Virus record (IMG/VR): IMGVR_UViG_3300028559_000033
Coordinates: 4,613-68,612 of that record
Length of the DNA: 64,000 bases
Reading direction: 5' to 3' (one strand)
Source of the DNA: a virus
The notes beneath the pieces were generated by a model. The model was not told the origin of the DNA, ran no database searches, and worked only from the letters and a program-made list of their open reading frames with translations. Positions 26,235-36,700 of the stretch are shown piece by piece. The position numbers and the translations under genes are program-made. How positions within the stretch are numbered: the first letter of the stretch is position 1; every line of letters begins with the position of its first letter.

Positions 26235-26888
26235 TTATTCTCCAAAAATATGTGAACCAGTATGTGAAAGAGAAATACTCTTGTCTAACCAACAATCATA
26301 ACCTAAACTACGAGCCCGAAAGAAGAAACTAATATCTTCGGCCATATAATTTGGTCCATATTTATATTCTAGAAAGTAGTGATATGAATTATGATATTCG
26401 GCTTCAGTGGGCCTCACATTACTATCTTCAAGAGATGGATAATATTTTAATTCTGGATAAGCACTCGCAATTGTATAAAATACTCTGCGATGAATCATCA
26501 CGAATCCCATTCCATTATGCTCAATTTTAATTAAATCTCCTTGAGTTTCTTCTGGCTCTAAAATTTTATAATTATATCTTAGAGGTATAGACTTCATTGG
26601 ATATGGAGCGGCAATAACATCTTTATCGTGCCTTAAGAGTTGAAGAACAGATGTTGGGTCAAATCCAATATCACTATCTAGAAAGAATAGATATTCGTGC
26701 TCAGTATTATTTAAAAAGAAATTTGCAATTTTACTTCTTCCCTGAGAAATCAAAGATGAATTTGCAACTGTGAATAGTCCGTGAGGCACACCTTCTCTTA
26801 CTAATAATTTTCCCAGATTAAACAGACTCATTGTAGTCTTTTCACAAACTAATCCACCGTAGCAAGGTAAAGCAATAAAAATACTCAT
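26235..26888 (-). CDS. Glycosyltransferase, GT-A fold (GT2-like)
   Basis: IFIALPCYGG, SSLISQGR, YLFFLDSD (DxD), GMGFVMIHR, AEDISF, LSHTG. Confidence 0.85.
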   Translation of the reverse strand: MSIFIALPCYGGLVCEKTTMSLFNLGKLLVREGVPHGLFTVANSSLISQGRSKIANFFLNNTEHEYLFFLDSDIGFDPTSVLQLLRHDKDVIAAPYPMKSIPLRYNYKILEPEETQGDLIKIEHNGMGFVMIHRRVFYTIASAYPELKYYPSLEDSNVRPTEAEYHNSYHYFLEYKYGPNYMAEDISFFFRARSLGYDCWLDKSISLSHTGSHIFGE

Positions 26889-26897
26889 AATAATTCC

Positions 26898-28406
26898 TCA
26901 GAATGTAATTGTTCTACCAGATAATTGAATATCTATGGTTTGTGGTAGATTGTCGTCAACTCCAACAGTTTCGTTATCTAACAATAGCTGGTCTCCAATT
27001 TGCAATCTTCTTGGAGTTTCACACAATTCAACCGAAGAAAATGCTGGAAGCATCAAATTTCTCACTAGATAAAATGTCTGTCCAACTCCAGTCACAACTT
27101 TTACTGAAATATCATAATCTCCCACAAACTCAGTATTTGTAAATCTCAATGATTCTACCAAAATTGGACGAGTTGTAGCAGAAATAATTCCCACATTTAG
27201 AATTGCCGTTCCCAGACCAGAATTAACTCCAGTAATGGTTCCAAATCCAATAAAATTAAGATTTGTAGTTTCTTCATAAGAGATACACACATCAATTGCA
27301 TTAGACAATCCAGAACCATCAAAATCAATTCCCCGAAGTTGAATAATATCATTTGGATTTAAGACTGCTGGCTTCTTGAGAATCTCCACAGACCCACCAA
27401 TGGGAATAGGAACGTCAAAAGCTAGATAACTCTCAACCGTAGTTCCTCCTCCAACTGGAAATCTATCAATTCTTACATCTACTCCTACTTCAGTCTTAGC
27501 CAATCCTGGAAGAGAAATATAAACCTCATTCTCTTCATTATTTCCTAAAACATTCAATCTAGAATATCCATATCCTCTCTCAGTCACGGCTAAATTTAAA
27601 AGCTTTCCATCAGAATCTACTTGTGGAATGATAGTCGCAAAGGTTCCTGTTCCAGAAAGAATTGAAACCACAGGAGGCTCTACATAGCCTGTTCCTGGAG
27701 TAGTAAGAAATGCCGACACTACTTCACCGTATGTAACTGTCGCCACTCCTGTAGCCTGTGTACCACCTCCCACAGGAGGACGAATAGTTACGATTGGAAT
27801 ATTCGTATACCCAAATCCACCATAAGTAATTGCAACTCCTGTAATAGCTCCTCCAGAAACCGCAGTAATAATACCGATTGCACTCGTAACTCCGATATAT
27901 TCTGGGTCTCCTACAGTTCCTAGTCCAATAAATGTAGTCGTCGCAAAAGAAATCAATCCTGGAACTAAATTCTGAGCATTCGTTGTACCAAATCCAACAA
28001 ATGTATCTGCAGAAGTATATCCAGTTCCTGCACCAGTAAGAGTTAAGAACGTAACTGCTCCCGTTGCGGTAGAAATGGATACCGTAGCTCCAGCTCCTTG
28101 AGGTTGAAATCTTGCCTTATTTGCTACATTAATTGAGTGTATAATATATCTTCTATTCGGAGTAGGTGAGAATTGCAATACTGGAGTCATAATTCCAGAT
28201 GGAGAGGCATAGGTAGAACTCGTGACTCCAGAATAAAATGGATATGCATTATAGTTGTCGCCAGAGAATGCTGAAGATGTGATTACACCAACAACGTTTA
28301 CATCACCAAGTACAGAAAGCTTTGATATTGGATTTGTTGTTCCAATTCCAACTTTACCATCGGTTAATGTAAATTGTGAACTAAACCCAATCCGATATTT
28401 AGCCAT
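26898..28406 (-). CDS. Virion structural / tail fibre-associated protein
   Basis: VGIGTTNP motif and several GxGY..P.V beta repeats. Confidence 0.7.
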   Translation of the reverse strand: MAKYRIGFSSQFTLTDGKVGIGTTNPISKLSVLGDVNVVGVITSSAFSGDNYNAYPFYSGVTSSTYASPSGIMTPVLQFSPTPNRRYIIHSINVANKARFQPQGAGATVSISTATGAVTFLTLTGAGTGYTSADTFVGFGTTNAQNLVPGLISFATTTFIGLGTVGDPEYIGVTSAIGIITAVSGGAITGVAITYGGFGYTNIPIVTIRPPVGGGTQATGVATVTYGEVVSAFLTTPGTGYVEPPVVSILSGTGTFATIIPQVDSDGKLLNLAVTERGYGYSRLNVLGNNEENEVYISLPGLAKTEVGVDVRIDRFPVGGGTTVESYLAFDVPIPIGGSVEILKKPAVLNPNDIIQLRGIDFDGSGLSNAIDVCISYEETTNLNFIGFGTITGVNSGLGTAILNVGIISATTRPILVESLRFTNTEFVGDYDISVKVVTGVGQTFYLVRNLMLPAFSSVELCETPRRLQIGDQLLLDNETVGVDDNLPQTIDIQLSGRTITF

Positions 28407-28432
28407 ATTATAAAATAAACTCCGTATATTAT

Positions 28433-31400
28433 TTAGATAGTTATTGTAGTTCTAGACAATTTAACTGTATTATTGTTGTATTTAGGCGTTGCCTTTAATC
28501 TCGCAGTTGTACCAGATAAATCAGAATCAAATTCCAGTAAATCGTTCAAATTTGAAATCCCTATACTTTCTGCAATATCCACACTTGTATTTGCCGAGCC
28601 TACAGATTGTAACATCATAATATCACTGGTTTGATAATTTTGAATTACTCTAGATACAGTACCACTAAATCCTGTTCCTACATAAGAAACGAAAGTATTT
28701 CCTATTCCAGCAGAAGTTATACCCAAAATATTTCCAACTGAATATCCAGACCCATCAGAAGTCACGGTAACGCCAGTTACTCTACCACCAATATATCCAA
28801 TCGGATTGCCCAGAGTTGAAATTCCAATAACAATAGGAGAAGTTAGTGCCGCATCACGATATAATCTGAATGAATTTGAATTAACTGGAGAAATATAATA
28901 TACAAAAGTTGAGCCATAACCAGGACCAGCATAAAGACTAGATTCTGGTCCAAATTGTGCTAAACTAGAACTTAGTGCCGCTCCAACTCCACCAATCAAT
29001 AATGACGAAATTCCTACAGTTACTGTCGGGGCAAAACTATATCCAAGACCAGGATTTGAAATATTAAATGACTCCAATCTCATACCAACATTAGCACTTA
29101 GTGTATTATTACTAAATGTAGCAGCAATAGGTAAATTACCAACAGTATATCCTGAACCAGAATTTGCAACAAATATTCCAGTTAAACATATAGTATCAAC
29201 TTGTGCCTGAGCTGGAATTGATGGAATATTTCCACCATCTGAAAATGTAAATGTTGGATTACTTCCAGAATACGTTCCAGGAGAAGTAATGGACAATCTA
29301 GAAACTCCAATTCCAACGACAGCAGTTGGAGCTTGTCCTCCAACATTTGGAGGAGTAATCAATATATTAGGAATTGTAGCAGTATATATTCCTGGATTTG
29401 TGATAGAGAAACAGTTTGTAGAAATTCCCAAAGAATTTACGACAACCGAAGCTCCAACACCTGCACCACTAATTGTTATGGTAGGAATCGCAGTATATCC
29501 AGCTCCAGAAGCATTATTCCAAACAGAAACCTGACCCACTCCCATCAATGCCGTGCCGTCTAATCCAAATCCCGATATTGCTGTAATATCTGAGAATGTA
29601 AACGAGGAAGTAGAAATTGAAGAGTTTATAGAAAATTTATCTAAATTCACTCTTCCGTTAGATATAGAGCTTACATTTGTATTTGTAGTTAAAACTCCAA
29701 TATTTGTAACTCGTTGTCCAACTACAACTCCACTGGTAGTAATACCAGAGATGAAGTTAGCTGTGATGCTTCCTGGAGTGGTTTGATTTGTTCCAAAACT
29801 AAATACTGAAGTTTGAATTCCAGAATTTAAAGTTGATGTTGAAATGAATACTTGACTATTTCCAATAGCAGTAACTATTGTTCCATTTATTGTCGGATTG
29901 ATGTTAGTTCCAGAAACACCCTGGCCAACAATAATACGAGAAGATAGAGTATCGGAGATAAAGAATGTTAGGCCAAATCCAACTTCAGAGTTCGTCATAG
30001 ACCTAGATAATCCAACTGTTCCTCCTCCACTAGATGATATAGAGTTAATTAGAGTATTTGATTGAACATTTGTTCCTGTAATTCCAAATCCAACTATAAT
30101 TGAAGTAGTATCTATTCCAGAAATGGATGTAGCATTAATTGCGGACAAGTCTCCATTTCTTTGTAGAATTATGGTTGCGAATGTGGATATTCCACTAATA
30201 ATTGTAGTAGAAGCGATAGATAAAGTTCCCTGAGATGAAAATATTACTGAATTTACAACGGAGGTGGTAGCAAATCCAACAGTTCCAGTTTTTGTTGAAT
30301 TGAAATCAATAAATTCTGCAGTTGTTCCAGGAAAAGAAATAGGAACAACAGTGGACACTCCATATCCAGGATTTGTGACCACATAGGACAATCCGAGCAT
30401 AGAACGAATAGTTGCGGCAGCAGAAACACTAGGTCCACCACCACTGAAATTGATTATTGGAGGAGTGCTATATCCAGACCCAACATTTGTAATGGTGATA
30501 GTGTCTACCTGACCTCCAACATTAATATTTGCGTTTGCAGCAGCTCCAGTTCCAATTCCTCCGACTGCAGTAAAACTTACTGATGGAGGACTCACATATC
30601 CAACTCCACCAAAAATACGTAAACCAAAACTACTCACTCCCATCGCAACATAACCAGCAAATCCAATTAATGATGGGTTAATATTAGGACCAAGAGATAT
30701 ATTAGGAGAAACAGAATATCCAAATCCTGGACTTGTGATAATTACTGAAGATATACCTAAAGTTGAGGTTAATATTCCAACCTCAGACCCAACATTTGGA
30801 GAACTTACCGTAAAATTTGGAGGAGTTGTATAATTAAATCCTGGAGTCACAATAGTATATCCAAGAGGTGAGGATGGTAAACTGAAGTTTGTATTTGCCG
30901 CTGCTGCATTACCAGAGCTAAATACCACTACTTTATTCAACTCTCCAACAGTATATCCAAATCCTGAGCTTGTAGTAAATATTTTAGTTATAATTACACT
31001 TGATACTCCCACCACAAGAGGAGTTTGTGGGAATTGAACAGTGGGAGTAACAACAGGAATACCCCGATATCCCGACCCAGGATTTGTAACTAATATTGAA
31101 GATACTCCAAATGAAACTGTAGCAATTGCAGTAGTTCCGATTCCACTAGAAGAACTTACAGTTATTGTTGGAATACTAGAAGTTATAACTCCAATACTAT
31201 TCAAGTTAATATTGGAGACATTTCCAGTAAGAACACTTACAATAGCAGTAGAGCCTACTCCAACTCCCTCAATCGAATTACCTGAAATGATTGGACTACT
31301 TAAAGTTAACGAAGGAAATTGCGTATATCCAATTCCAGGATCTATGATATTAATAGTTGTAACTTTACTATTTTCAAATTGACTTGGAGAAATTGTCCTA

Positions 31401-33388
31401 TCAAATACTATAAATTGCGAGGACACTATTCCTGTTATATTTGCACTTGTGCTTAGTATTCCGACATTAGACCTTACAATCTCAGTCGTGACTTCTGGAG
31501 AAACTGTAACTTGTGCAACAGCATCTGAACCTATTCCAGTTAACCTATTCAATGGAATATTTGAATATACTCCTGGATAATAATTTCTACCAGAAGAAGA
31601 AATACCTACAGAAACATCACTATTGAGCACAAGTTGACCAATACTATTGACTTGAACCGTATACCTAGCACTACGAAATTGAGAAGTATCTAAGATATCC
31701 AAAATAACTTCATTTTTATTTGTGGTCGTGACGACACCAACGGTTTGTCTATTTAATCCAGTTAATTGAATGTCGTTCACCACGAGCGAATTCACACTCA
31801 ATTGGTCTTTAAATGGATTATATAAAATTGCACCAGAACTATCTAAGAAAATACTCTGATTTCCTGAAGTATTTTGAACGAAAGTTACATAATAATCTCT
31901 ATCAATTCCATTTCGGTCCACAGTAGAAACAGCAGTTGCAGAACCTGTATTTACTTGATCGGAACTTCCCCATCTTGGAGGTAGTGCAGCTCCTTGTGAA
32001 AGTAGAACCTCACCTACTGCTCCAGGATTATACTCTTGAAGATCAGTATCATATAAAATTAAACCATTAAGTAGTCTGGTGGTTCCATTTACATCTAAAT
32101 TATACCTAGCAACAGTAGTTCCAATTCCGATAGATGCGCCAACACTTATATTAGCAATCGTAGCCATTCCAACTACGTTCAAATTCCGAGTTGTAGTTAA
32201 TCCAGAAACTCCTAAAGTATTTACTGTAGCAATACCCAATACATTCAAATTCTGAGTGGTTGTTAATCCAGAAACACCCAGAGAACTAATGGTAGCAAAT
32301 CCAACAACTCTTAGGTTTGAAACCTGTAGAGAACTAATCGTAGCAATTCCCGTAACATTAAAATCTTTGGTTGTAGCAATTCCAGTAATCAGAACGGTAG
32401 ATAATGTGGTTAACCCGACTACAGCTAAATCGTCAAATGAATTCGGAGTAGTACGAATTGCTAAATCGATTGTATTTTTTGTGACTGAATCTATAGATGT
32501 GATATTTTGAAGCTGTCTATCTGAACTGAATACTTGAGTATTTCCAATACTTATGGAACCAAAGCTAGAGGCAGAGGATACTACAATATTTTGCGAAAAT
32601 AATCTAGGTATTGTAGAAATTCCACCAATTGAAACGTCTCCACTAATTATAGCACTACCGATTACATCTAGATTGGACCTAGCTAAAGTAGTTCCGATAC
32701 CAATAGTATCGGATGAAAATGATGAAAATGCAGTTTCATCAATAGTTAATTTACCGACTCTAAATTCTTTTGAAAATAACCGATTAGTCGTTAATATTCC
32801 AGAAACCGTAGCATCACCACTTACATCCAGTAATTGAGTTGGAAGAGATGTTCCAATTCCAACTCTACTTGTAGATGGATTATAATAAAAATTAGGTGCT
32901 GCTTGAGCTAATTTAGTATTGTCTCTATAAATGACTGAATTTGTATTTCCAGAATTGACCGAAACATCACTAACAGAAATACTAATATCAACAGAACTGA
33001 GTCCAGCTCCAGAAAAAGACCCTGGACTTACAATGGTTACTCCAGAACCAATAAAGTTTAAATCCGTAATTTGATTAGCCAGTCCTTTAATAACTCCAGT
33101 ATCTCGTATGGTAACAGAACCAGGACTAACTACTCCTCCACTAATAATATTTTGTTGATTTAACCAGTATCTTTTTCCATTATTGCTATCATCAGATACT
33201 AAAATATATGCATCTTGAATTAGGCCAGTATATGGATTTGCACCAACAGAAGAAGGACCTACATTCGGGTCTCCCAAATCTGGTTCAGCTTGGTCCAACC
33301 CCAAAAATTGGTATCTATCTGAACGTATTCCAGATTGTGGTATTCTCTTAACTCTTTTACTAGAATATCTTGAGGGTGAATTGCTCAT
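28433..33388 (-). CDS. Tail fibre-like protein (1651 aa)
   Basis: VGIGT motifs, 22-aa VxGIATxxxLxVxGLTT repeats, many NPGxGY..P.V units. Confidence 0.75.
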   Translation of the reverse strand: MSNSPSRYSSKRVKRIPQSGIRSDRYQFLGLDQAEPDLGDPNVGPSSVGANPYTGLIQDAYILVSDDSNNGKRYWLNQQNIISGGVVSPGSVTIRDTGVIKGLANQITDLNFIGSGVTIVSPGSFSGAGLSSVDISISVSDVSVNSGNTNSVIYRDNTKLAQAAPNFYYNPSTSRVGIGTSLPTQLLDVSGDATVSGILTTNRLFSKEFRVGKLTIDETAFSSFSSDTIGIGTTLARSNLDVIGSAIISGDVSIGGISTIPRLFSQNIVVSSASSFGSISIGNTQVFSSDRQLQNITSIDSVTKNTIDLAIRTTPNSFDDLAVVGLTTLSTVLITGIATTKDFNVTGIATISSLQVSNLRVVGFATISSLGVSGLTTTQNLNVLGIATVNTLGVSGLTTTRNLNVVGMATIANISVGASIGIGTTVARYNLDVNGTTRLLNGLILYDTDLQEYNPGAVGEVLLSQGAALPPRWGSSDQVNTGSATAVSTVDRNGIDRDYYVTFVQNTSGNQSIFLDSSGAILYNPFKDQLSVNSLVVNDIQLTGLNRQTVGVVTTTNKNEVILDILDTSQFRSARYTVQVNSIGQLVLNSDVSVGISSSGRNYYPGVYSNIPLNRLTGIGSDAVAQVTVSPEVTTEIVRSNVGILSTSANITGIVSSQFIVFDRTISPSQFENSKVTTINIIDPGIGYTQFPSLTLSSPIISGNSIEGVGVGSTAIVSVLTGNVSNINLNSIGVITSSIPTITVSSSSGIGTTAIATVSFGVSSILVTNPGSGYRGIPVVTPTVQFPQTPLVVGVSSVIITKIFTTSSGFGYTVGELNKVVVFSSGNAAAANTNFSLPSSPLGYTIVTPGFNYTTPPNFTVSSPNVGSEVGILTSTLGISSVIITSPGFGYSVSPNISLGPNINPSLIGFAGYVAMGVSSFGLRIFGGVGYVSPPSVSFTAVGGIGTGAAANANINVGGQVDTITITNVGSGYSTPPIINFSGGGPSVSAAATIRSMLGLSYVVTNPGYGVSTVVPISFPGTTAEFIDFNSTKTGTVGFATTSVVNSVIFSSQGTLSIASTTIISGISTFATIILQRNGDLSAINATSISGIDTTSIIVGFGITGTNVQSNTLINSISSSGGGTVGLSRSMTNSEVGFGLTFFISDTLSSRIIVGQGVSGTNINPTINGTIVTAIGNSQVFISTSTLNSGIQTSVFSFGTNQTTPGSITANFISGITTSGVVVGQRVTNIGVLTTNTNVSSISNGRVNLDKFSINSSISTSSFTFSDITAISGFGLDGTALMGVGQVSVWNNASGAGYTAIPTITISGAGVGASVVVNSLGISTNCFSITNPGIYTATIPNILITPPNVGGQAPTAVVGIGVSRLSITSPGTYSGSNPTFTFSDGGNIPSIPAQAQVDTICLTGIFVANSGSGYTVGNLPIAATFSNNTLSANVGMRLESFNISNPGLGYSFAPTVTVGISSLLIGGVGAALSSSLAQFGPESSLYAGPGYGSTFVYYISPVNSNSFRLYRDAALTSPIVIGISTLGNPIGYIGGRVTGVTVTSDGSGYSVGNILGITSAGIGNTFVSYVGTGFSGTVSRVIQNYQTSDIMMLQSVGSANTSVDIAESIGISNLNDLLEFDSDLSGTTARLKATPKYNNNTVKLSRTTITI
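32160..32400 (-). repeat. Imperfect ~66-nt (22-aa) coding tandem repeat
   Basis: GFATISSLGVSGLTTTQNLNVL / GIATVNTLGVSGLTTTRNLNVV; boundaries approximate. Confidence 0.6.
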
Positions 33389-33415
33389 ATCTGGCTATCT
33401 ATATTTTATGTAGTA

Positions 33416-33769
33416 TTAGTTTGAAGTTTCAATGACGGAACACAAAAACTTCAAAGTTGAGTTTGTATTCGCATTTATAGTAACGAAATCATCAGTTTCT
33501 AGAACCAATTTTCCAGATAGCAGATTTGCAGTATCTTTAGTTGGAATATCAAAATCCTTTACAATTTCAGTAGTTATAGTTCCAATTCCAGAGACAACTC
33601 TATTATGATAAAAGCTAACTTGTTGTGTATCTGCACTAATGTTTACACATTGAGCCATCAAAAATACTCCAACGTATCCAATAGGAGCACGATAGACCTC
33701 ATCTACAGTAGTGGTAACTACCTTAGAAACTGTTCTAAAATTATTAACTGCGGCTGCGGCAATAGCCAT
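33416..33769 (-). CDS. Small virion-associated hypothetical protein
   Basis: 117 aa beta-rich ORF with LLSGKLVLET motif, within the structural operon. Confidence 0.7.
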   Translation of the reverse strand: MAIAAAAVNNFRTVSKVVTTTVDEVYRAPIGYVGVFLMAQCVNISADTQQVSFYHNRVVSGIGTITTEIVKDFDIPTKDTANLLSGKLVLETDDFVTINANTNSTLKFLCSVIETSN

Positions 33770-33783
33770 TTAATTAAACCTCC

Positions 33784-36700
33784 TTAATCGGATAATGCAA
33801 GAATGAGTGGAGTCATTGTGGTGAACAATGCTTTAGTGAAATCTCTTCCAGTAATTTGACCTGTAGCTTGATTGATAATAATACCATCACCAATTTTAAA
33901 GTTACCAGCTTGATTGGTTGAAGTGTATATGACTATGCCTCCGTCTTTTTGAACGGTTTCATTTTCGGGAACAGTGACTCCTCCAAGAGCTGGCTTTGCT
34001 CTATTTATATCATTTCCAGAGCCCACCCATTCAAAAGAGTGAGAACAAACAATTTGCTGACTTACTCTTGAAAAATACACAGTAGTTCCAACACTAATTG
34101 TATTGTTAAAGGATTGTAAAAAGGATACTGTAGAAATTCCAGAAGATGGAAGTGTTGCACTATCTACTTTATAGTAAATTGGCTGCATACTACTCACTGT
34201 AGCCGTGGCCTGTGTTCCACCAACAAATGGTGGTGCAATAGTAATGATGGGTGGAGTTCTATATTGAGAACCAGAATTTAGAATATTTACGGAAATAACA
34301 CTTCCATTTTGTATTGTGGTTGTAGCTTGAACCGTGATTCCATTTTGACCTTCTGGTGCAGAAACCGTAACTCTTGGTGCCGTAGTATAATTAGACCCAC
34401 CATTTGTAACACTAATTGTCTCAACAAAGAAGAATTTCTCACCAAAATAGCAAACTTGACCATCATATGGACGATAATTTCCAATTCCAGAGACAGTCAA
34501 AACATTTGTTCTCGCCAATGCTTCAACTTCTACAACTCCTGTAGAATGATAGGTAGACCCAGTAGTAGCATCACCAATACCATTCGCATACAAACCAAGT
34601 CGTCCAAATGAAGAGTTAGAGTTAACAATATCACATTGTCCGCCTGAACCCGTAAAAATTGCAATATCATCACAAATGGTGAAGATTGAAACTAGCTGAG
34701 CATAGGCACCATTTGTAATAGAAACTCCAATACCTCCTTGATTAAATTGTGTATAACTATCTACACTCATTGTTCCCGTCACGCCAATATCATCCTTATC
34801 TCCAGGTTCGGCATCAAATCCATTCACTTTCATTCCGATTGAGCCAGAAATAAAGTTAGTACAGTTCTTTACATATGGACCTTGTGGAGTAATTCCAACT
34901 CCACGAGAGAATGGAGGAATAGCAACTCCTCCTGAAACATAACTATGAGTTATTGTAGATGGACCAACTTGAATAGTAAAAGTATTACCTGCAGTTTGAG
35001 TTCTACCAATGGCTACTCCACCAGACACATAAGTATGACTAATTGTAGATGGCCCTACGTTTACAGTAAATGTAGACCCAACTGAAGTTAATACTCTAAA
35101 TCTAGTTCCATTTTTTCCTGATGGGAAGAGTAGATTTGGAGGACTTCCTGGGCAACTAAATTCTAAATTCTGAAGTTCTACTAAATCATTAACCGTAATT
35201 CCAATTCCAGGAGCTGTAATATTTGCAATTCCAGTAGTATTATTATATGTTGCTTGAGTTACCGCTCTAGGCTTATCCGAAACTATATCCAATACTTTAA
35301 ATCTATATCCCTGACTACCAGTAGGATAAATTGTAGTCGTTCCACCACCACTACTGCAGGAGAAGTTTAGATTACGAATTGTAACTAGGTCTCCAGTTTT
35401 TATAGATAATCCGCTTGCGGTTATTGTTACAATTCCAGTAGTATTTTGATAAGATGCCGTAGAAACCGAAACTGTTCTCTCCACAACAACTCCTCCACCC
35501 ACGTAAGTATGAGGAAGTGTGGACGCTCCTACATAAACTTGAATTGCTCCATTTGAGTTAGTCTTAATAATTGGAAAATCGTATCCATAAACTCCAGAAG
35601 GAAAGATTTGTGTCGTACTACCACTTCCAGAATTACAACTAAAAGTCAAATCTCTCAATTCAATCGTTTCTCCAACAATAGCTCTTAATCCTGGAGCCAG
35701 AACTGTGGTAATTCCACTAGTATTATCATAGGTTGCAGAAGTAACTCTTACGTGTGAGGTAAATCCAATTCCACTATTTCCTGGATACGTAGTACGAATA
35801 CCAACTACAGTAAATGCAGAAGACCCAAGACCCACTATATTGGTCACAATTCCCACACAGGAGCGAATTGCAGAAATTACATTTGAACAACCAGTAATAC
35901 CATTATTAAATCCAGTCAATGGGTCGTTTGGTAGCTGTAAATCTTTAACTTGATAGAAATCATTCTGAATATTGGTATATCTTTGAACCGTTCCACCTGA
36001 AACATAAGTATGAGGTAAAGTAGATTGTCCAACCACGGAAGAGAAAGTATTTACACCAATCACATTATGAACATTGAAAATACTTCCCTGACTTCCAGTA
36101 GGATAAACTAATGTTCCAATACCAGAAGGACAAGTAAATCCGAGTCCGACTATTCTCACGGAACTATCTTTAACTAATCCGTGATTTGTTGCAGTAATTG
36201 TAACAATTCCAGAAGTTGCATCATATACGGCATCTGATACATTAATTCCAAGTCCAACTGGAAATCCACCCCAGGTTACATTATTAACAATTGCTCTGGC
36301 TACATTGAAGGAATAATCCACAGCAGAAACTGTCTGGGCTCTTTCTTGTGGGTTTTTTAGTATTCCTGGCTTTAAATTCCAATTAGAATCATAATATATT
36401 CTACCAGAATCTATAGACCTTGAATTTCCACCCCGAGTAATATCGTGAATAATACATTTCCAAATATCTTTAACATCACTCACACATTTATCACTCTCTA
36501 ACATTACTCCAAATCTTAAAGCTGGAACGCTATTGGTATTTCCAATTCCAATTGAAGTGGTAACTATTCCAACTAACTGTCTGATAGTTGTCGCAACCGC
36601 CACACATCCTCCCACAACAGGTACAACTGAAGGAATTAAAGTTTGGCGAATACTTCCAATTCCAGATTGATATGAAATTGGAGGAGAAACATTATTAATT

